Part shown: one piece after another, positions 28,998 through 38,920 of the stretch | Layout of the letters: every line of letters starts with the position of its first letter | How positions within the stretch are numbered: the first letter of the stretch is position 1 | DNA from: Sedimentisphaerales bacterium | GTDB lineage: Bacteria > Planctomycetota > Phycisphaerae > Sedimentisphaerales > Anaerobacaceae | Length of the DNA: 64,000 bases | Direction of reading: 5' to 3' | NCBI GenBank assembly: GCA_963708075.1 | Contig: OY970194.1 | Span: 4,352,001-4,416,000 of the forward strand | Notes under the pieces: generated by a model | Seen by the model: the letters and a program-made list of their open reading frames with translations, nothing else | The model's database searches: none | What the model was told of the DNA's origin: nothing | Translations under genes and position numbers: made by a program

Positions 28998-30266
28998 ATG
29001 GCCGGAGAGCGACCAGTCGGGTCTGTTCGGGAGTTGGCTGCGCGATTGAAGCAATGGATGAGTAGCGAACCTGTGCGCACCGCCGGCTCGTCCGGTATAT
29101 ACTCGCCTGTACAGTTTCAAGCGGCCCTTCAACGGGAGCAGGCCCGGGCGGAGCGTAATGGGCACCAGATCACCCTGGCGCTTCTGCATGCCAATGGCCA
29201 CAATGGCGACGCACGCAGGACATTCCGCCTGCTGGAGGCTCTCAAGAGCCGGCTTCGCGTCATGGATGAGGCAGGATGGTTCGATCCGTCGCGAATCGGC
29301 ATACTGATGCCCTACACCGCCCGCGAAGGAGCCTGGCGCATGATCGAGGATCTGTGTTCGCTTCTGGACGGAGAGCTCACGGCGGCCGATTGCAGCGTCT
29401 ACACCTACCCGTGCGATCCGAGTGACGACAGCGCGGAATTCCCTGAGCACGCCAGCAAGGATATCGACGCCACGGACTCCGGCGATGGGGCCGCCGCGGA
29501 GAATCTCTTCACGGCCACAGGTCATGGGGGCAGCCGCGGCAATTCCAGCGCCGGCGCCTCCATGGTTTGCGAGAGGGTTCATCCAGGGGTGGCGTGCACG
29601 TACCCGATCATGGTCGTTCCCAGCAGTGAGCCCTCTGCCTGGCAGCGAGGACTGGACATCGCCTGCTCGCTTCTGGGGTTTACGATCCTGGCCCCTGTCC
29701 TCCTTGGGACGGCCCTTCTGATCAAACTGGTATCCCCGGGGCCTGTGTTCTTCAAGCAGGTGAGAATTGGCCGGGGAGGCAAGCCGTTCATGCTCTGGAA
29801 GTTCCGGACCATGGTGGCCAATGCGGACAGTTCCATCCATCAGAACCACGTGGCCCGACTGATCAACGGCACCGCGGAGAACGGAGAGGCGAAGTCGAAG
29901 CCTATGACGAAGCTGGACAACGATCCCCGGGTGATTCCGCTGGGGACGATTCTGCGCGGGGCGTGCATCGATGAGCTGCCCCAGTTGATCAACGTGCTGC
30001 GCGGGGAAATGAGCATTGTCGGGCCACGTCCACCCATTCCGTACGAAGTGCGAGACTATCAACCATGGCAAAGGAGGCGTCTTGACGCGACGCCCGGGCT
30101 GACGGGACTGTGGCAGGTGAGCGGCAAGAACAAGCTGACATTCGATGAGATGGTGCGTCTGGACATCCGGTACAGCAGGGAGAAATCTGTTTGGATGAAC
30201 ATCATGATTGTGCTCAGGACCCCTCGCGCGATCCTCGAAGAGATCGCGGGGATCTGGGTCCGATAG
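28998..30266 (+). CDS. Priming sugar-1-phosphate transferase with N-terminal degenerate GGDEF-like domain
   Basis: RGLDI, KFRTM, DPRV, IDELPQLINVLRGEMSIVGPRP, PGLTGLWQVSG; N-terminal REQARAER..LRVMDEAGW..IGILMPYT. Confidence 0.9.
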   Translation: MAGERPVGSVRELAARLKQWMSSEPVRTAGSSGIYSPVQFQAALQREQARAERNGHQITLALLHANGHNGDARRTFRLLEALKSRLRVMDEAGWFDPSRIGILMPYTAREGAWRMIEDLCSLLDGELTAADCSVYTYPCDPSDDSAEFPEHASKDIDATDSGDGAAAENLFTATGHGGSRGNSSAGASMVCERVHPGVACTYPIMVVPSSEPSAWQRGLDIACSLLGFTILAPVLLGTALLIKLVSPGPVFFKQVRIGRGGKPFMLWKFRTMVANADSSIHQNHVARLINGTAENGEAKSKPMTKLDNDPRVIPLGTILRGACIDELPQLINVLRGEMSIVGPRPPIPYEVRDYQPWQRRRLDATPGLTGLWQVSGKNKLTFDEMVRLDIRYSREKSVWMNIMIVLRTPRAILEEIAGIWVR

Positions 30267-30285
30267 GAAATGAGGATGCCGGAAA

Positions 30286-31320
30286 ATGCTTAAGATCGCA
30301 GTGGTTGGTTGCGGCTACTGGGGCCCTAACCTCGCGAGGAATCTCAACGCGTTGACGGATTGTCAGGTATCAGCAGCGTGCGACACAGACCCGGTCCGGC
30401 TGGCGCACATGAAGAAGCTGTATCCGAGCCTCGAGATGTGCAACGATTTCGACGGACTCCTCGAGCGCCCGGATATCGACGCCGTGGTGGTCGCCACTCC
30501 GACCCGCCTGCATTATCCCATGGCCCGCAAGATCCTGGAGTCCGGCAGACACGTGCTCGTGGAAAAGCCCATGGCCGGCTCCACTCAAGAGTGCGTCGAA
30601 CTGCTCCAGCTTGCCCAGGACAAGAAGCTGATCCTGATGGTCGGCCATACGTTCATCTACTCACCCACAGTGAGGAAGATCAAGGAAATCATCCGCCATG
30701 GGGACTTGGGCGAACTGCAGTACGTCAGCGCGCGGCGGCTCAACCTCGGCCTGTTCCAAACGGACATCAACGTGGCATGGGACCTTGCACCCCATGACAT
30801 CTCGATCATCCTCTACATCCTGGGTCAAATGCCGACCGGGGTCAACTGCCAAGGCAAGGCCCATGTGACGGCCGGCATCGAAGACGTGACCAACATGACC
30901 CTGACGTTTGCCAACGGGGCATTTGCCCTGATTCACAATAGCTGGCTCGATCCGAATAAGATTCGCCAGATGACATTCGTGGGCAAACGCAAGATGCTGG
31001 CCTATGACGATATCGAGCCCTTGGAGAAGATCCGAATCTATGACAAGCGGGTGGAAGTGCCGGAGCACTATGACTCGTTTGCCGAGTTCCACTTCTCCTA
31101 CCATCACGGGGACATATATTCCCCCTACGTCAGGCAGGTGGAATCGCTCAGCCTGGAATGCCAGCACTTTGTGGACTGCATCCACACGGGCGCCAAGCCG
31201 GAGTCGAGTGGTCTCGAAGGATTACAGGTGGTACAAGTGCTCGAGGCCGCGTCGAAATCACTCAAGACTGACGGCGGAAGGGTGGAACTCGAGTCAATCC
31301 CGGCCCTGAGCACCGCTTGA
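30286..31320 (+). CDS. Gfo/Idh/MocA family NDP-sugar oxidoreductase
   Basis: VGCGYWGPNL, VEKPM, WDLAPHD, SWLDPNK. Confidence 0.9.
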   Translation: MLKIAVVGCGYWGPNLARNLNALTDCQVSAACDTDPVRLAHMKKLYPSLEMCNDFDGLLERPDIDAVVVATPTRLHYPMARKILESGRHVLVEKPMAGSTQECVELLQLAQDKKLILMVGHTFIYSPTVRKIKEIIRHGDLGELQYVSARRLNLGLFQTDINVAWDLAPHDISIILYILGQMPTGVNCQGKAHVTAGIEDVTNMTLTFANGAFALIHNSWLDPNKIRQMTFVGKRKMLAYDDIEPLEKIRIYDKRVEVPEHYDSFAEFHFSYHHGDIYSPYVRQVESLSLECQHFVDCIHTGAKPESSGLEGLQVVQVLEAASKSLKTDGGRVELESIPALSTA

Positions 31321-31398
31321 TCGGGAGTGCAACACGAGTGACTTTGCCCCGGAAACCACAACGCTCGACAGACTGGCCTGCCTTCCAAGACCGAAAAT

Positions 31399-32868
31399 GT
31401 GAAGTCAGGACAATCTGACGGGAGAGATACCGTGCATTGTGCAAGATATTTGAGACAATTGTCTGCTCTCCTGCTCATCATCGGCCTCTTATATACGAGT
31501 TACAGACTCGACGCGGCCAGGCGAGAGGCAGATCACTACAAGAAGGAGTATGGGTACCGGACACCCACCGTGGGCTTGACCGGCTGTGTATGCAAGAGCG
31601 ATCCATGGAAAGGAATTCTTATCGACTGCACCATCTCGTTCACGGATGGAGCACACAACCTGCAGCCGTTTGACATCGACGGTGATGGGGACCTGGAACT
31701 CGTCGCAAACTCCTTTCGGTCGGACAACCTCATGATATACGACCGCGCACGCAACCTGCACAATCCGCAGCACTGGACAAGACATGTGATTGATCCACGG
31801 GTCGGCGGCGGCTTCACCTGGCATCCTGTGAGTGCGTATGTCAAAGCTCAGATCAAGCGAATGCTCACTGAGGGATACGTCGCCGGAGGGGCTCACTACA
31901 CCGCGATCGCCGATCTGACCGGCGACGGCAGAGCCGACATGGTGGTCGCGGGGGATGAAATGCGCAACGATGTCGCCTGGTATGAGGCCGTCGGCGAAGC
32001 CGGCGGCAGAACGCTGTCGTGGGTGAAACACGTTGCCTACAGGAACAACTCGCACAGGACCTACCACGTCGAGGCAGGCGATGTCGATGGCGACGCGGAT
32101 ATGGACATCGTGTTCACCACCAAGACCGACAGGGGCCTCGGCTGGCTGGAGAATCGGGGCTCCCCAGGCGCCTGGCCGGCGGTGATCGTTGACTCCAACA
32201 GTACCCGATGTTTCTCGGCAAGGGTGCATGATTTCGACAGGAACGGCAGGGGCGAGATCATCGCCTCCGAGGACAGTTGGCAGCAGTATGGAAAACTGTG
32301 CCTCTATGCGCACGGGGGCAATCCCCAAAGAGCGGAGGATTGGCGCAAGTACCCTATCGCCCGCCTTCCCGCCGGGCACGGGATCAGTGTCTTCAAGATC
32401 GTCGATCTTGATGGGGACGGGGCTTTCGACGTTGCCGGAGCCGGCCATCAGGGAGACGTGTGCCTGCTGAGGAATCCGTGGCCGGACGATGTGTTCGGCC
32501 AATGGGAGATGTACTTTGTGACCAGAGGCAGTCCTGGTAAGGGCCGTGATTTCCGGGAAATTGACGTCGGGGATATCGACCTCGATGGCGACCAGGATAT
32601 TGTCGTGGCGGACGAGGCACAGAACGCGGTGGTCTGGTATGAGAATCCCGGCAGGACTTTCCTGGAGGACTGGCCGGAGCACATCGTGGATCAGTCGAAC
32701 GTATACCTGCGATGGTGCCACAGTGTCCGGCTCGCCGACACGGACAAAGACGGCGACCTCGACATTGCCGTGGCGGCCGCCGCCAGCAACGTGTTCCTGC
32801 TGTACTTCAACGGAATGGCCCCGAAGGTAAGTGCCCGGATTGCGGACACCCCATCGCCCGGCGAGTAA
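31399..32868 (+). CDS. FG-GAP/VCBS-repeat protein with N-terminal membrane anchor (start uncertain)
   Basis: Repeated DIDGDGDLE, DVDGDADMDI, DLDGDG and WYEN motifs. Confidence 0.8.
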   Translation: MKSGQSDGRDTVHCARYLRQLSALLLIIGLLYTSYRLDAARREADHYKKEYGYRTPTVGLTGCVCKSDPWKGILIDCTISFTDGAHNLQPFDIDGDGDLELVANSFRSDNLMIYDRARNLHNPQHWTRHVIDPRVGGGFTWHPVSAYVKAQIKRMLTEGYVAGGAHYTAIADLTGDGRADMVVAGDEMRNDVAWYEAVGEAGGRTLSWVKHVAYRNNSHRTYHVEAGDVDGDADMDIVFTTKTDRGLGWLENRGSPGAWPAVIVDSNSTRCFSARVHDFDRNGRGEIIASEDSWQQYGKLCLYAHGGNPQRAEDWRKYPIARLPAGHGISVFKIVDLDGDGAFDVAGAGHQGDVCLLRNPWPDDVFGQWEMYFVTRGSPGKGRDFREIDVGDIDLDGDQDIVVADEAQNAVVWYENPGRTFLEDWPEHIVDQSNVYLRWCHSVRLADTDKDGDLDIAVAAAASNVFLLYFNGMAPKVSARIADTPSPGE

Positions 32869-32874
32869 AGGAAG

Positions 32875-34872
32875 GTGATGCGAGTTCGAGACCTGTCCAT
32901 CCGGCGGAACTGCTCCCGTGTCGCGGCGGCATGCCGACATGGATACGAGCGTCACTACTACCGCTGCATCCAGCGCAGACCGTCCGAGGATTGGCCCGTT
33001 GCACACGAGCAAGGCCTGCTCGGCGCGGGACAAGACCTCCGGCAGGTCGCTGCGGTCTGCCGTGAGCTGTGCCCGGAGGCTGTGGAAACCGGAATCCGCC
33101 AGGCGGACGCCATCTGTGATCACATCTTCGATCTGCTGGGCAGCGGCCCGACGAGGCTGAGTCCCCCCGGCCCCCCCTACCGGCTCATCGACTGGCACCG
33201 CGATTTCAAGAGTGGGTACGGATGGAATCCCCGGGACTTCCATCGGGATATTCAGTACGGCCACGTCCAAGGCGTGGACATCAAAGTCCCCTGGGAGCTC
33301 TCACGCTTCCAGCATCTGAATACGTTGGGGCAGGCATATGTCCTGACCGGCAACCGGGCATATGCGGCGGAATTCGTCAGCCAGATCGAGGATTGGATCC
33401 GCAGCAACCCTGTGGGCTTCGGCGTGAACTGGACGTGCACGATGGACGCCGCGATCCGGGCGGCGAACTGGCTGACGGCCGCGGAGTATTTCCATGCCGA
33501 TAACGCACTCGAGCCCCCCTTCCTGCACAGGCTCTATGCGAGCCTTCACGAGCATGGTCAGTTCATCTGCCATCATCTGGAGCACGGCGGCGGGCTGCGA
33601 ACCAATCACTATCTCTCCGACATCGCCGGCCTGCTCTTCATCGCCGGTTACTGCCCGTTTTTCAGAGAGAGCCGGGAATGGCTCGATTTCTCCATCCGGG
33701 AGCTGGTTGCAGAGATGGCGAACCAGGTATATGCCGATGGGTGCCACTTCGAAGCATCCACCTGCTACCATCGGCTGGCGCTGGAGCTGTTCTTCTTCGC
33801 GACATTGTTGGTGGTGGTCAGGGAACGAAAGTCGGGCGGCGAGAGCTATCGGCAGGCGGCCGAGAGGGTGTTCGGTTCTGACTACCTAGAGCGACTCCAC
33901 AGGATGTTCGTGGCAGTCCTGCACCTGCTGAAGCCCAATGGACGCATGCCGCAGATCGGCGATAATGACTCCGGGAGGTTTCTGGTTCTGGGCACACGTG
34001 ACGTGCTGGACATGCGATATCTGCTCTCCTTCGGTGCGGTGTTCTTTGACGAGCCCCGGTTCAAGGTGGAGGAGTTCGGATTCAGCGAGGACGCACTGTG
34101 GCTCTTCGGGCCAGGGGGATACGACACCTGGAGCGGCTTGACCGGGCGCTCGGTGGAGACGATTGACAGCAGGAGTTTCCCGCAGGCGGGATGGCACGTC
34201 CTGCGGCAGGGGCACAACTACTGCCTGGTATCCTGCGGGCCCAACGGACCCAACGGAAAAGGCGGCCACGCTCACAACGATAAGCTGAGCATCGAACTTG
34301 TCCTCGATGGGCACGACGTGGTCGTGGATCCCGGGACGTATACCTACACCCCCTGGCCCGATCGCAGGAACAGGTTCAGGTCCACAGACTACCACAACAC
34401 GGTGCAGATCGACGGGTGCGAGCAAAACGGACCGTTGAACGGCGATCTATTCAGCCTGCCGGACCGCATGAACATCCGATCCGCCCGGCTGACGGAGACT
34501 CCCGGCCAAACCACTTTCGAGGGGGAGATTGACTATGCCGGCATTGTGCATAAGAGAACGCTCCGCCTCGACAGGCAATCCCGCCAATGCAGGATAGACG
34601 ACCACATCTCATGCTCCAGATCGTTCGGCGCAGAGACGAGATTCCACCTGTCCCCGGATGTGATTGTCCGCGGCACAGGGATTCATGAGAAGGAGACGGG
34701 AAGACGGCTCGCCACCTTCGAGATCGAGGGCGGCGGCACGAAAGTGCAAACCTATGATTACTCACCGCAGTACGGACTCCGCGTGGAGGCTCCGTGCATC
34801 TGCGTTCGAATCCCTGTTGCGGCCCGTGAAGCCGCTGTCACGACAATCTTTTCTGCCGAGACAACACGATGA
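32875..34872 (+). CDS. Heparinase II/III family protein
   Basis: DIKVPWELSRFQH, NHYLSD, DGCHFEASTCYH, IGDNDSG, GHAHNDKLS, DPGTYTY, HNT. Confidence 0.9.
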   Translation: MMRVRDLSIRRNCSRVAAACRHGYERHYYRCIQRRPSEDWPVAHEQGLLGAGQDLRQVAAVCRELCPEAVETGIRQADAICDHIFDLLGSGPTRLSPPGPPYRLIDWHRDFKSGYGWNPRDFHRDIQYGHVQGVDIKVPWELSRFQHLNTLGQAYVLTGNRAYAAEFVSQIEDWIRSNPVGFGVNWTCTMDAAIRAANWLTAAEYFHADNALEPPFLHRLYASLHEHGQFICHHLEHGGGLRTNHYLSDIAGLLFIAGYCPFFRESREWLDFSIRELVAEMANQVYADGCHFEASTCYHRLALELFFFATLLVVVRERKSGGESYRQAAERVFGSDYLERLHRMFVAVLHLLKPNGRMPQIGDNDSGRFLVLGTRDVLDMRYLLSFGAVFFDEPRFKVEEFGFSEDALWLFGPGGYDTWSGLTGRSVETIDSRSFPQAGWHVLRQGHNYCLVSCGPNGPNGKGGHAHNDKLSIELVLDGHDVVVDPGTYTYTPWPDRRNRFRSTDYHNTVQIDGCEQNGPLNGDLFSLPDRMNIRSARLTETPGQTTFEGEIDYAGIVHKRTLRLDRQSRQCRIDDHISCSRSFGAETRFHLSPDVIVRGTGIHEKETGRRLATFEIEGGGTKVQTYDYSPQYGLRVEAPCICVRIPVAAREAAVTTIFSAETTR

Positions 34873-36284
34873 GAATTCGCACAATCGCCAGGAGACTCCC
34901 TCGAGCTGTCAAGCAGACCCTCAAGACAGCCTATGGAACGATTCCTCCCCGGTTTCGATTCAGCCGGACGTTTTGGGAGACCTACAACTTTCTCCAGGAG
35001 TCCCAGTGGTGGGATGCCGCCAGATTGCGGGAGTACCAGATGCGTGAGTTGGAGCGCCTTCTGGCTCACTGCTATGAGAACGTCCCCCACTACCGCCGGG
35101 TCTTCAACGAGCATGGCCTCAAGCCGAGGAACATCCAGTCCCTGGACGATCTGAGCAAGCTGCCCTGCCTGCACAAGGAGCATATCCGCAAGGAGCCGCA
35201 GGCCTTCATCGCCCGCAATCGGCGGACCGAGCACATGGAACAACGCTTTACCACCGGGACCTCGGGACAGCCGCTGCAGTTTCCCGTCGATGATGACGAG
35301 CTTGACCGGGAGTGGGCGTTCGCCTTTCATCAGTGGAGCCGCGTCGGGTACAAGCCGGGCGACGCAAGAGCGGAGATCCGGGGCCAGCACATTACGGGTC
35401 CAAGGCCGTATGTGTGGGATCCCGTCCTTCGTGCCCTGCGTCTGTCACCCCTGGTGCGGGAACGAGGGACCGTCGCCCTCTACCTGGAGACCATCCGGTC
35501 CTACGGGATCAAGTTCCTCTACGGGTATCCCAGCGCGATCACCAACTTTGCTCTGTTGGTGAAGCGGTACGGGATTCGCGTGGACCTCAAGCTCACCGCG
35601 ATCCTGTTCGCCTCCGAGACACTGTACCCTTGGCAGCGGACACTCGCCCAGGACGTATTCGCGTGTCCCTCGTACAACTTCTACGGGCTGGCCGAGCACG
35701 TGGTGATCGGCGGGGAGTGTGAGCACAGCGTTGCGTTCCACTGCATGCCCCAGTACGGGGTCACCGAGGTGGACCCGCGAACCGGTGAGATCACCGGGAC
35801 CGGCTTTCTGAACTATGTCCATCCGTTCATCCGCTACAGGACCGCCGACGTGGCTTCGGTGCCGGTGGGCAGCGGCTGCGAGCGGTGCGGCAGACAATAC
35901 TATCCGGTCCTGCCGGACGTCCTTGGCCGGCTCCAGGATTTCATCGTCACGCCGGAGGGCACATCCATCGGCCATTGTCTCCTGACGTTTCCCTTCAAGG
36001 AAAGCCACACCATCGGCCGCGTGCAGATCGTCCAGGAGGCGACCGATCGCGTGACTCTCAGGACGGCGCCCGTCGATGATCGCGACATGCGACAATTCAC
36101 GAAAGATCTGACTCATGCAATCGATGTCCTGCAACGGATGCTGGGAGACAGTGTATCGATCAGGAATGAAATGATCCCTCCGGAGGAATGTACAGGCCCT
36201 GGAAAACTGCAATTCATCGTCTCACACCTGCCGGAGCACCTTCGGTGTTACAGTGCGAACGGGACTTCTGAAGCTGTCGCCTGA
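34869..36284 (+). CDS. Phenylacetate-CoA ligase / CapK-like adenylate-forming protein
   Basis: TTGTSGQP, GYPS, YGLAE, PFIRYRTAD, GRLQD. Confidence 0.85.
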   Translation: MRIRTIARRLPRAVKQTLKTAYGTIPPRFRFSRTFWETYNFLQESQWWDAARLREYQMRELERLLAHCYENVPHYRRVFNEHGLKPRNIQSLDDLSKLPCLHKEHIRKEPQAFIARNRRTEHMEQRFTTGTSGQPLQFPVDDDELDREWAFAFHQWSRVGYKPGDARAEIRGQHITGPRPYVWDPVLRALRLSPLVRERGTVALYLETIRSYGIKFLYGYPSAITNFALLVKRYGIRVDLKLTAILFASETLYPWQRTLAQDVFACPSYNFYGLAEHVVIGGECEHSVAFHCMPQYGVTEVDPRTGEITGTGFLNYVHPFIRYRTADVASVPVGSGCERCGRQYYPVLPDVLGRLQDFIVTPEGTSIGHCLLTFPFKESHTIGRVQIVQEATDRVTLRTAPVDDRDMRQFTKDLTHAIDVLQRMLGDSVSIRNEMIPPEECTGPGKLQFIVSHLPEHLRCYSANGTSEAVA

Positions 36285-36347
36285 GCACCGTGCTCCGCGC
36301 ACTGCGGATACACCAACTCAGGGCGAAAAGAACGGGACGCCAGACAA

Positions 36348-37412
36348 GTGCGAACATTGGAGCTGATTGCCGTTGGGGATGTATCGCTCACGGGTCCGGA
36401 CGGGCAGGACCCGTTCGAATGCGTCGCACGGCTCTTGCACACCGGGGATATCGTGTTCGGGAACCTGGAATGCGCGCTCTGCGATATAGGCCCTGAGGCC
36501 GAGAAGGAGGTCACCCTGCGAGCGGCCCCCGCGAGGGCCGGATACCTGCGTCAGGCCGGCTTCGATATCGTCAGTGTGGCGAACAACCATGTCCTGGACT
36601 TCGGTCCGACGGGTCTCGATCAGACTCTCGCGGCGCTGCGGGAGCAAGGGATTCGCTTCGTCGGCGCCGGCAGCACGGCATCTCAGAGAGGATACGAAAT
36701 CATCGAGCGTGAGGGACTGAGAGTCGGATTCCTCGCCTACCATGAGATGGATCCAGGCAGCCCCCAGGACGAGGCCCTGGTCAATCGCATAGATCGCAGC
36801 ACCATTCTCCGGCAAATCTCCGATCTGAAGCAGCAATGTGACGTTGTCGTCGTTTCTCTTCACTGGGGCATCGAGTACATTCACTATCCTTCTCCCGGGC
36901 AGATCCAACTGGCGCACGATCTCCTTTGCAACGGCGCCGCATTGGTGCTCGGCCATCACCCTCACGTGGTCCAGGGAATCGAGTGGATCGAAAGAGGGCT
37001 GATCGCCTACTCGCTCGGGAGCTTCCAATTCGAACCGAGAAGGGAGGAGGCGAGACATTCATTCATTCTCCAGGCCAGGATCAGTGCCTGTGGCGTGGAG
37101 GACTACAAGGTGATCCCGGCCCACATTGGAGAAGGAGAGCGTCCCCACCGGATCAGGAACCCCCCCCGGCGGGAGATGCTGCGATTCATCAAGCGGATTA
37201 GCGAGCCCATCAGCGACGGCCGCATCACGGACAAATGGTGGTTCGAGCGGGCAGGCGCCACGTATCTGCACAACAATCTGCAGGCATGGGCAGCGAGAAT
37301 CAGAAGGTACGGTCTCAGGCACCTCGTGTCATGCGCGCGATGGCTCGTGTCCCGCTTCACGATCAAATGCTACTTGGGGTGCCTGAGGGCCCTGGTCGGT
37401 CCGCATGAGTGA
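36348..37412 (+). CDS. CapA/PgsA family metallophosphoesterase-like protein
   Basis: AVGD, GNLE, ANNHVLDFG, HWGIE, GHHPHV, YSLGSF. Confidence 0.88.
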   Translation: MRTLELIAVGDVSLTGPDGQDPFECVARLLHTGDIVFGNLECALCDIGPEAEKEVTLRAAPARAGYLRQAGFDIVSVANNHVLDFGPTGLDQTLAALREQGIRFVGAGSTASQRGYEIIEREGLRVGFLAYHEMDPGSPQDEALVNRIDRSTILRQISDLKQQCDVVVVSLHWGIEYIHYPSPGQIQLAHDLLCNGAALVLGHHPHVVQGIEWIERGLIAYSLGSFQFEPRREEARHSFILQARISACGVEDYKVIPAHIGEGERPHRIRNPPRREMLRFIKRISEPISDGRITDKWWFERAGATYLHNNLQAWAARIRRYGLRHLVSCARWLVSRFTIKCYLGCLRALVGPHE

Positions 37413-38901
37413 TGGATTCCTGAAAGACATCGCGAAGTATCTGCCCGCCCAGATCGTGCCGGGGATCGTCGGTTTGGTCAGCATCCCCATTGTGACGCGG
37501 ATCTTCCCTCGGGCGGAATACGGGCACTACAGCCTGGTCATGGCGACGGTGATGGTCCTGAGCACAGTGTTCGGATGGCTGCCGACATCGATCACCCGTT
37601 ACTACCCGGCTTACGCACGCCAGCCACAGCAGTTGGAGATCTTCAAAACCACGGTAACGAGTCTCGGCATGGTCGCACTGATCGCGCTGTTTGTCCCGTA
37701 CTATGCGATTCTGCTTGTGCTGGGGCCCTGGATGTCGACAGAGCTGCAATTCCTCCTGATGATCGGCGGTCTGCTCTTCGCGGTGACCTGTGCATTCAAC
37801 CTGTTCCAGTCGATCCTGCGCTCCAAGCGGTTCGCGGGCCGCTACAGTGCGTTTGCCGTTTGGCAGAGCGTGGCGGGATTCGGCCTGGGGATCGCCATGA
37901 TCCTCCTGCTGGGACTGCGAGTCGAGGGCCTTCTCCTCGGCACCACCCTCAGTATCGTGCCGATCCTGCCGTTGCTGTGGAAGCAGGCGATGGATGCCGG
38001 CCTGCGGATTCGATTCGGCAAGGTCGATCTGAGGATGGCCAAAACGATGTTCCTCTACGGCCTGCCCCTGATGGTGGGCAACCTGGCCGCCTGGGTCCTG
38101 TCGCTGTCCGACCGGTATGTGCTCGGATTGCTCCGGGGCCCCAGCGAGGTCGGCCTGTACTCACTGAGCTACAATATCGCCGATAAGAGCATCATGCTCC
38201 TGGCGACGCTGTTCCTCATGGCCGAGCCTGCCATCGGCGTACGCATCTGGGAGAACCAAGGAGAGCGCGACAGCCAGCGCTTCGTCGCCAACGTGGCCCG
38301 TCTGTACCTCCTGTTGGGCATTCCCGCCGCCGTCGGGCTCAGCGTCGTGTCCAGGCTCGTGGTGAGCCTCCTGGGCGGGGCCGAATATGCGGAAGGGTAC
38401 AGAATCGTCCCGTTCGTGCTCTTTGGGGTCCTGCTGCTGGGGCTGCAACAGCGATTCCACTGGGGGCTTCTCTACCATCAGAAGACGGGCGCCATCACGA
38501 TCGCCCTGGTGATCGCCGGGGCGCTCAAGGTAGTCCTGAATATTCTCTTTGTGCCGAGCTATGGGTATTTTGCCGCCGCCGTGACCACTCTGGTTTGCTA
38601 CGCGGTGTCGATGTGCCTGATCATCTGGCTCTCACGGCGCCTGTTCGTGTGGCGATTCCCCTACCGGTCCCTGTTCAAGGTGGTGGTCGCCTCCGCAATG
38701 ATGGGCGTAGTGGTCTACTGCGTCGAGCATGTCCTGACATTTCCCCCCGTGTTGAGGTTGCTAGCCTGCATGGGCGTGGGCGCTGTCGTGTATGGGGCCG
38801 CTCTGCTGGCGCTGCGGGAGTTCTCGTCGCAGGAGGTGGGAGCGATCCGGCAGGCCATTTCCAGGACATTCACGGGCCAGCAGGCAGGCCGGGCCGCATA
38901 G
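37405..38901 (+). CDS. wzx: Wzx-type oligosaccharide flippase
   Basis: Polytopic membrane protein; YGLPL, SLSDRY, VGLYSLSY. Confidence 0.85.
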   Translation: MSDGFLKDIAKYLPAQIVPGIVGLVSIPIVTRIFPRAEYGHYSLVMATVMVLSTVFGWLPTSITRYYPAYARQPQQLEIFKTTVTSLGMVALIALFVPYYAILLVLGPWMSTELQFLLMIGGLLFAVTCAFNLFQSILRSKRFAGRYSAFAVWQSVAGFGLGIAMILLLGLRVEGLLLGTTLSIVPILPLLWKQAMDAGLRIRFGKVDLRMAKTMFLYGLPLMVGNLAAWVLSLSDRYVLGLLRGPSEVGLYSLSYNIADKSIMLLATLFLMAEPAIGVRIWENQGERDSQRFVANVARLYLLLGIPAAVGLSVVSRLVVSLLGGAEYAEGYRIVPFVLFGVLLLGLQQRFHWGLLYHQKTGAITIALVIAGALKVVLNILFVPSYGYFAAAVTTLVCYAVSMCLIIWLSRRLFVWRFPYRSLFKVVVASAMMGVVVYCVEHVLTFPPVLRLLACMGVGAVVYGAALLALREFSSQEVGAIRQAISRTFTGQQAGRAA

Positions 38902-38920
38902 TTCCGTCAATGGAGGCATC

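Noticed and set aside
36348..37412. Poly-gamma-glutamate capsule synthesis
   Set aside because: No capB/capC in the window; CapA-like genes occur alone in polysaccharide loci.
38251..38257. Other GAGAACC/GGTTCTC heptamers (also ~44660 and ~61110)
   Set aside because: Reading frames are intact across them, so they are not indels.
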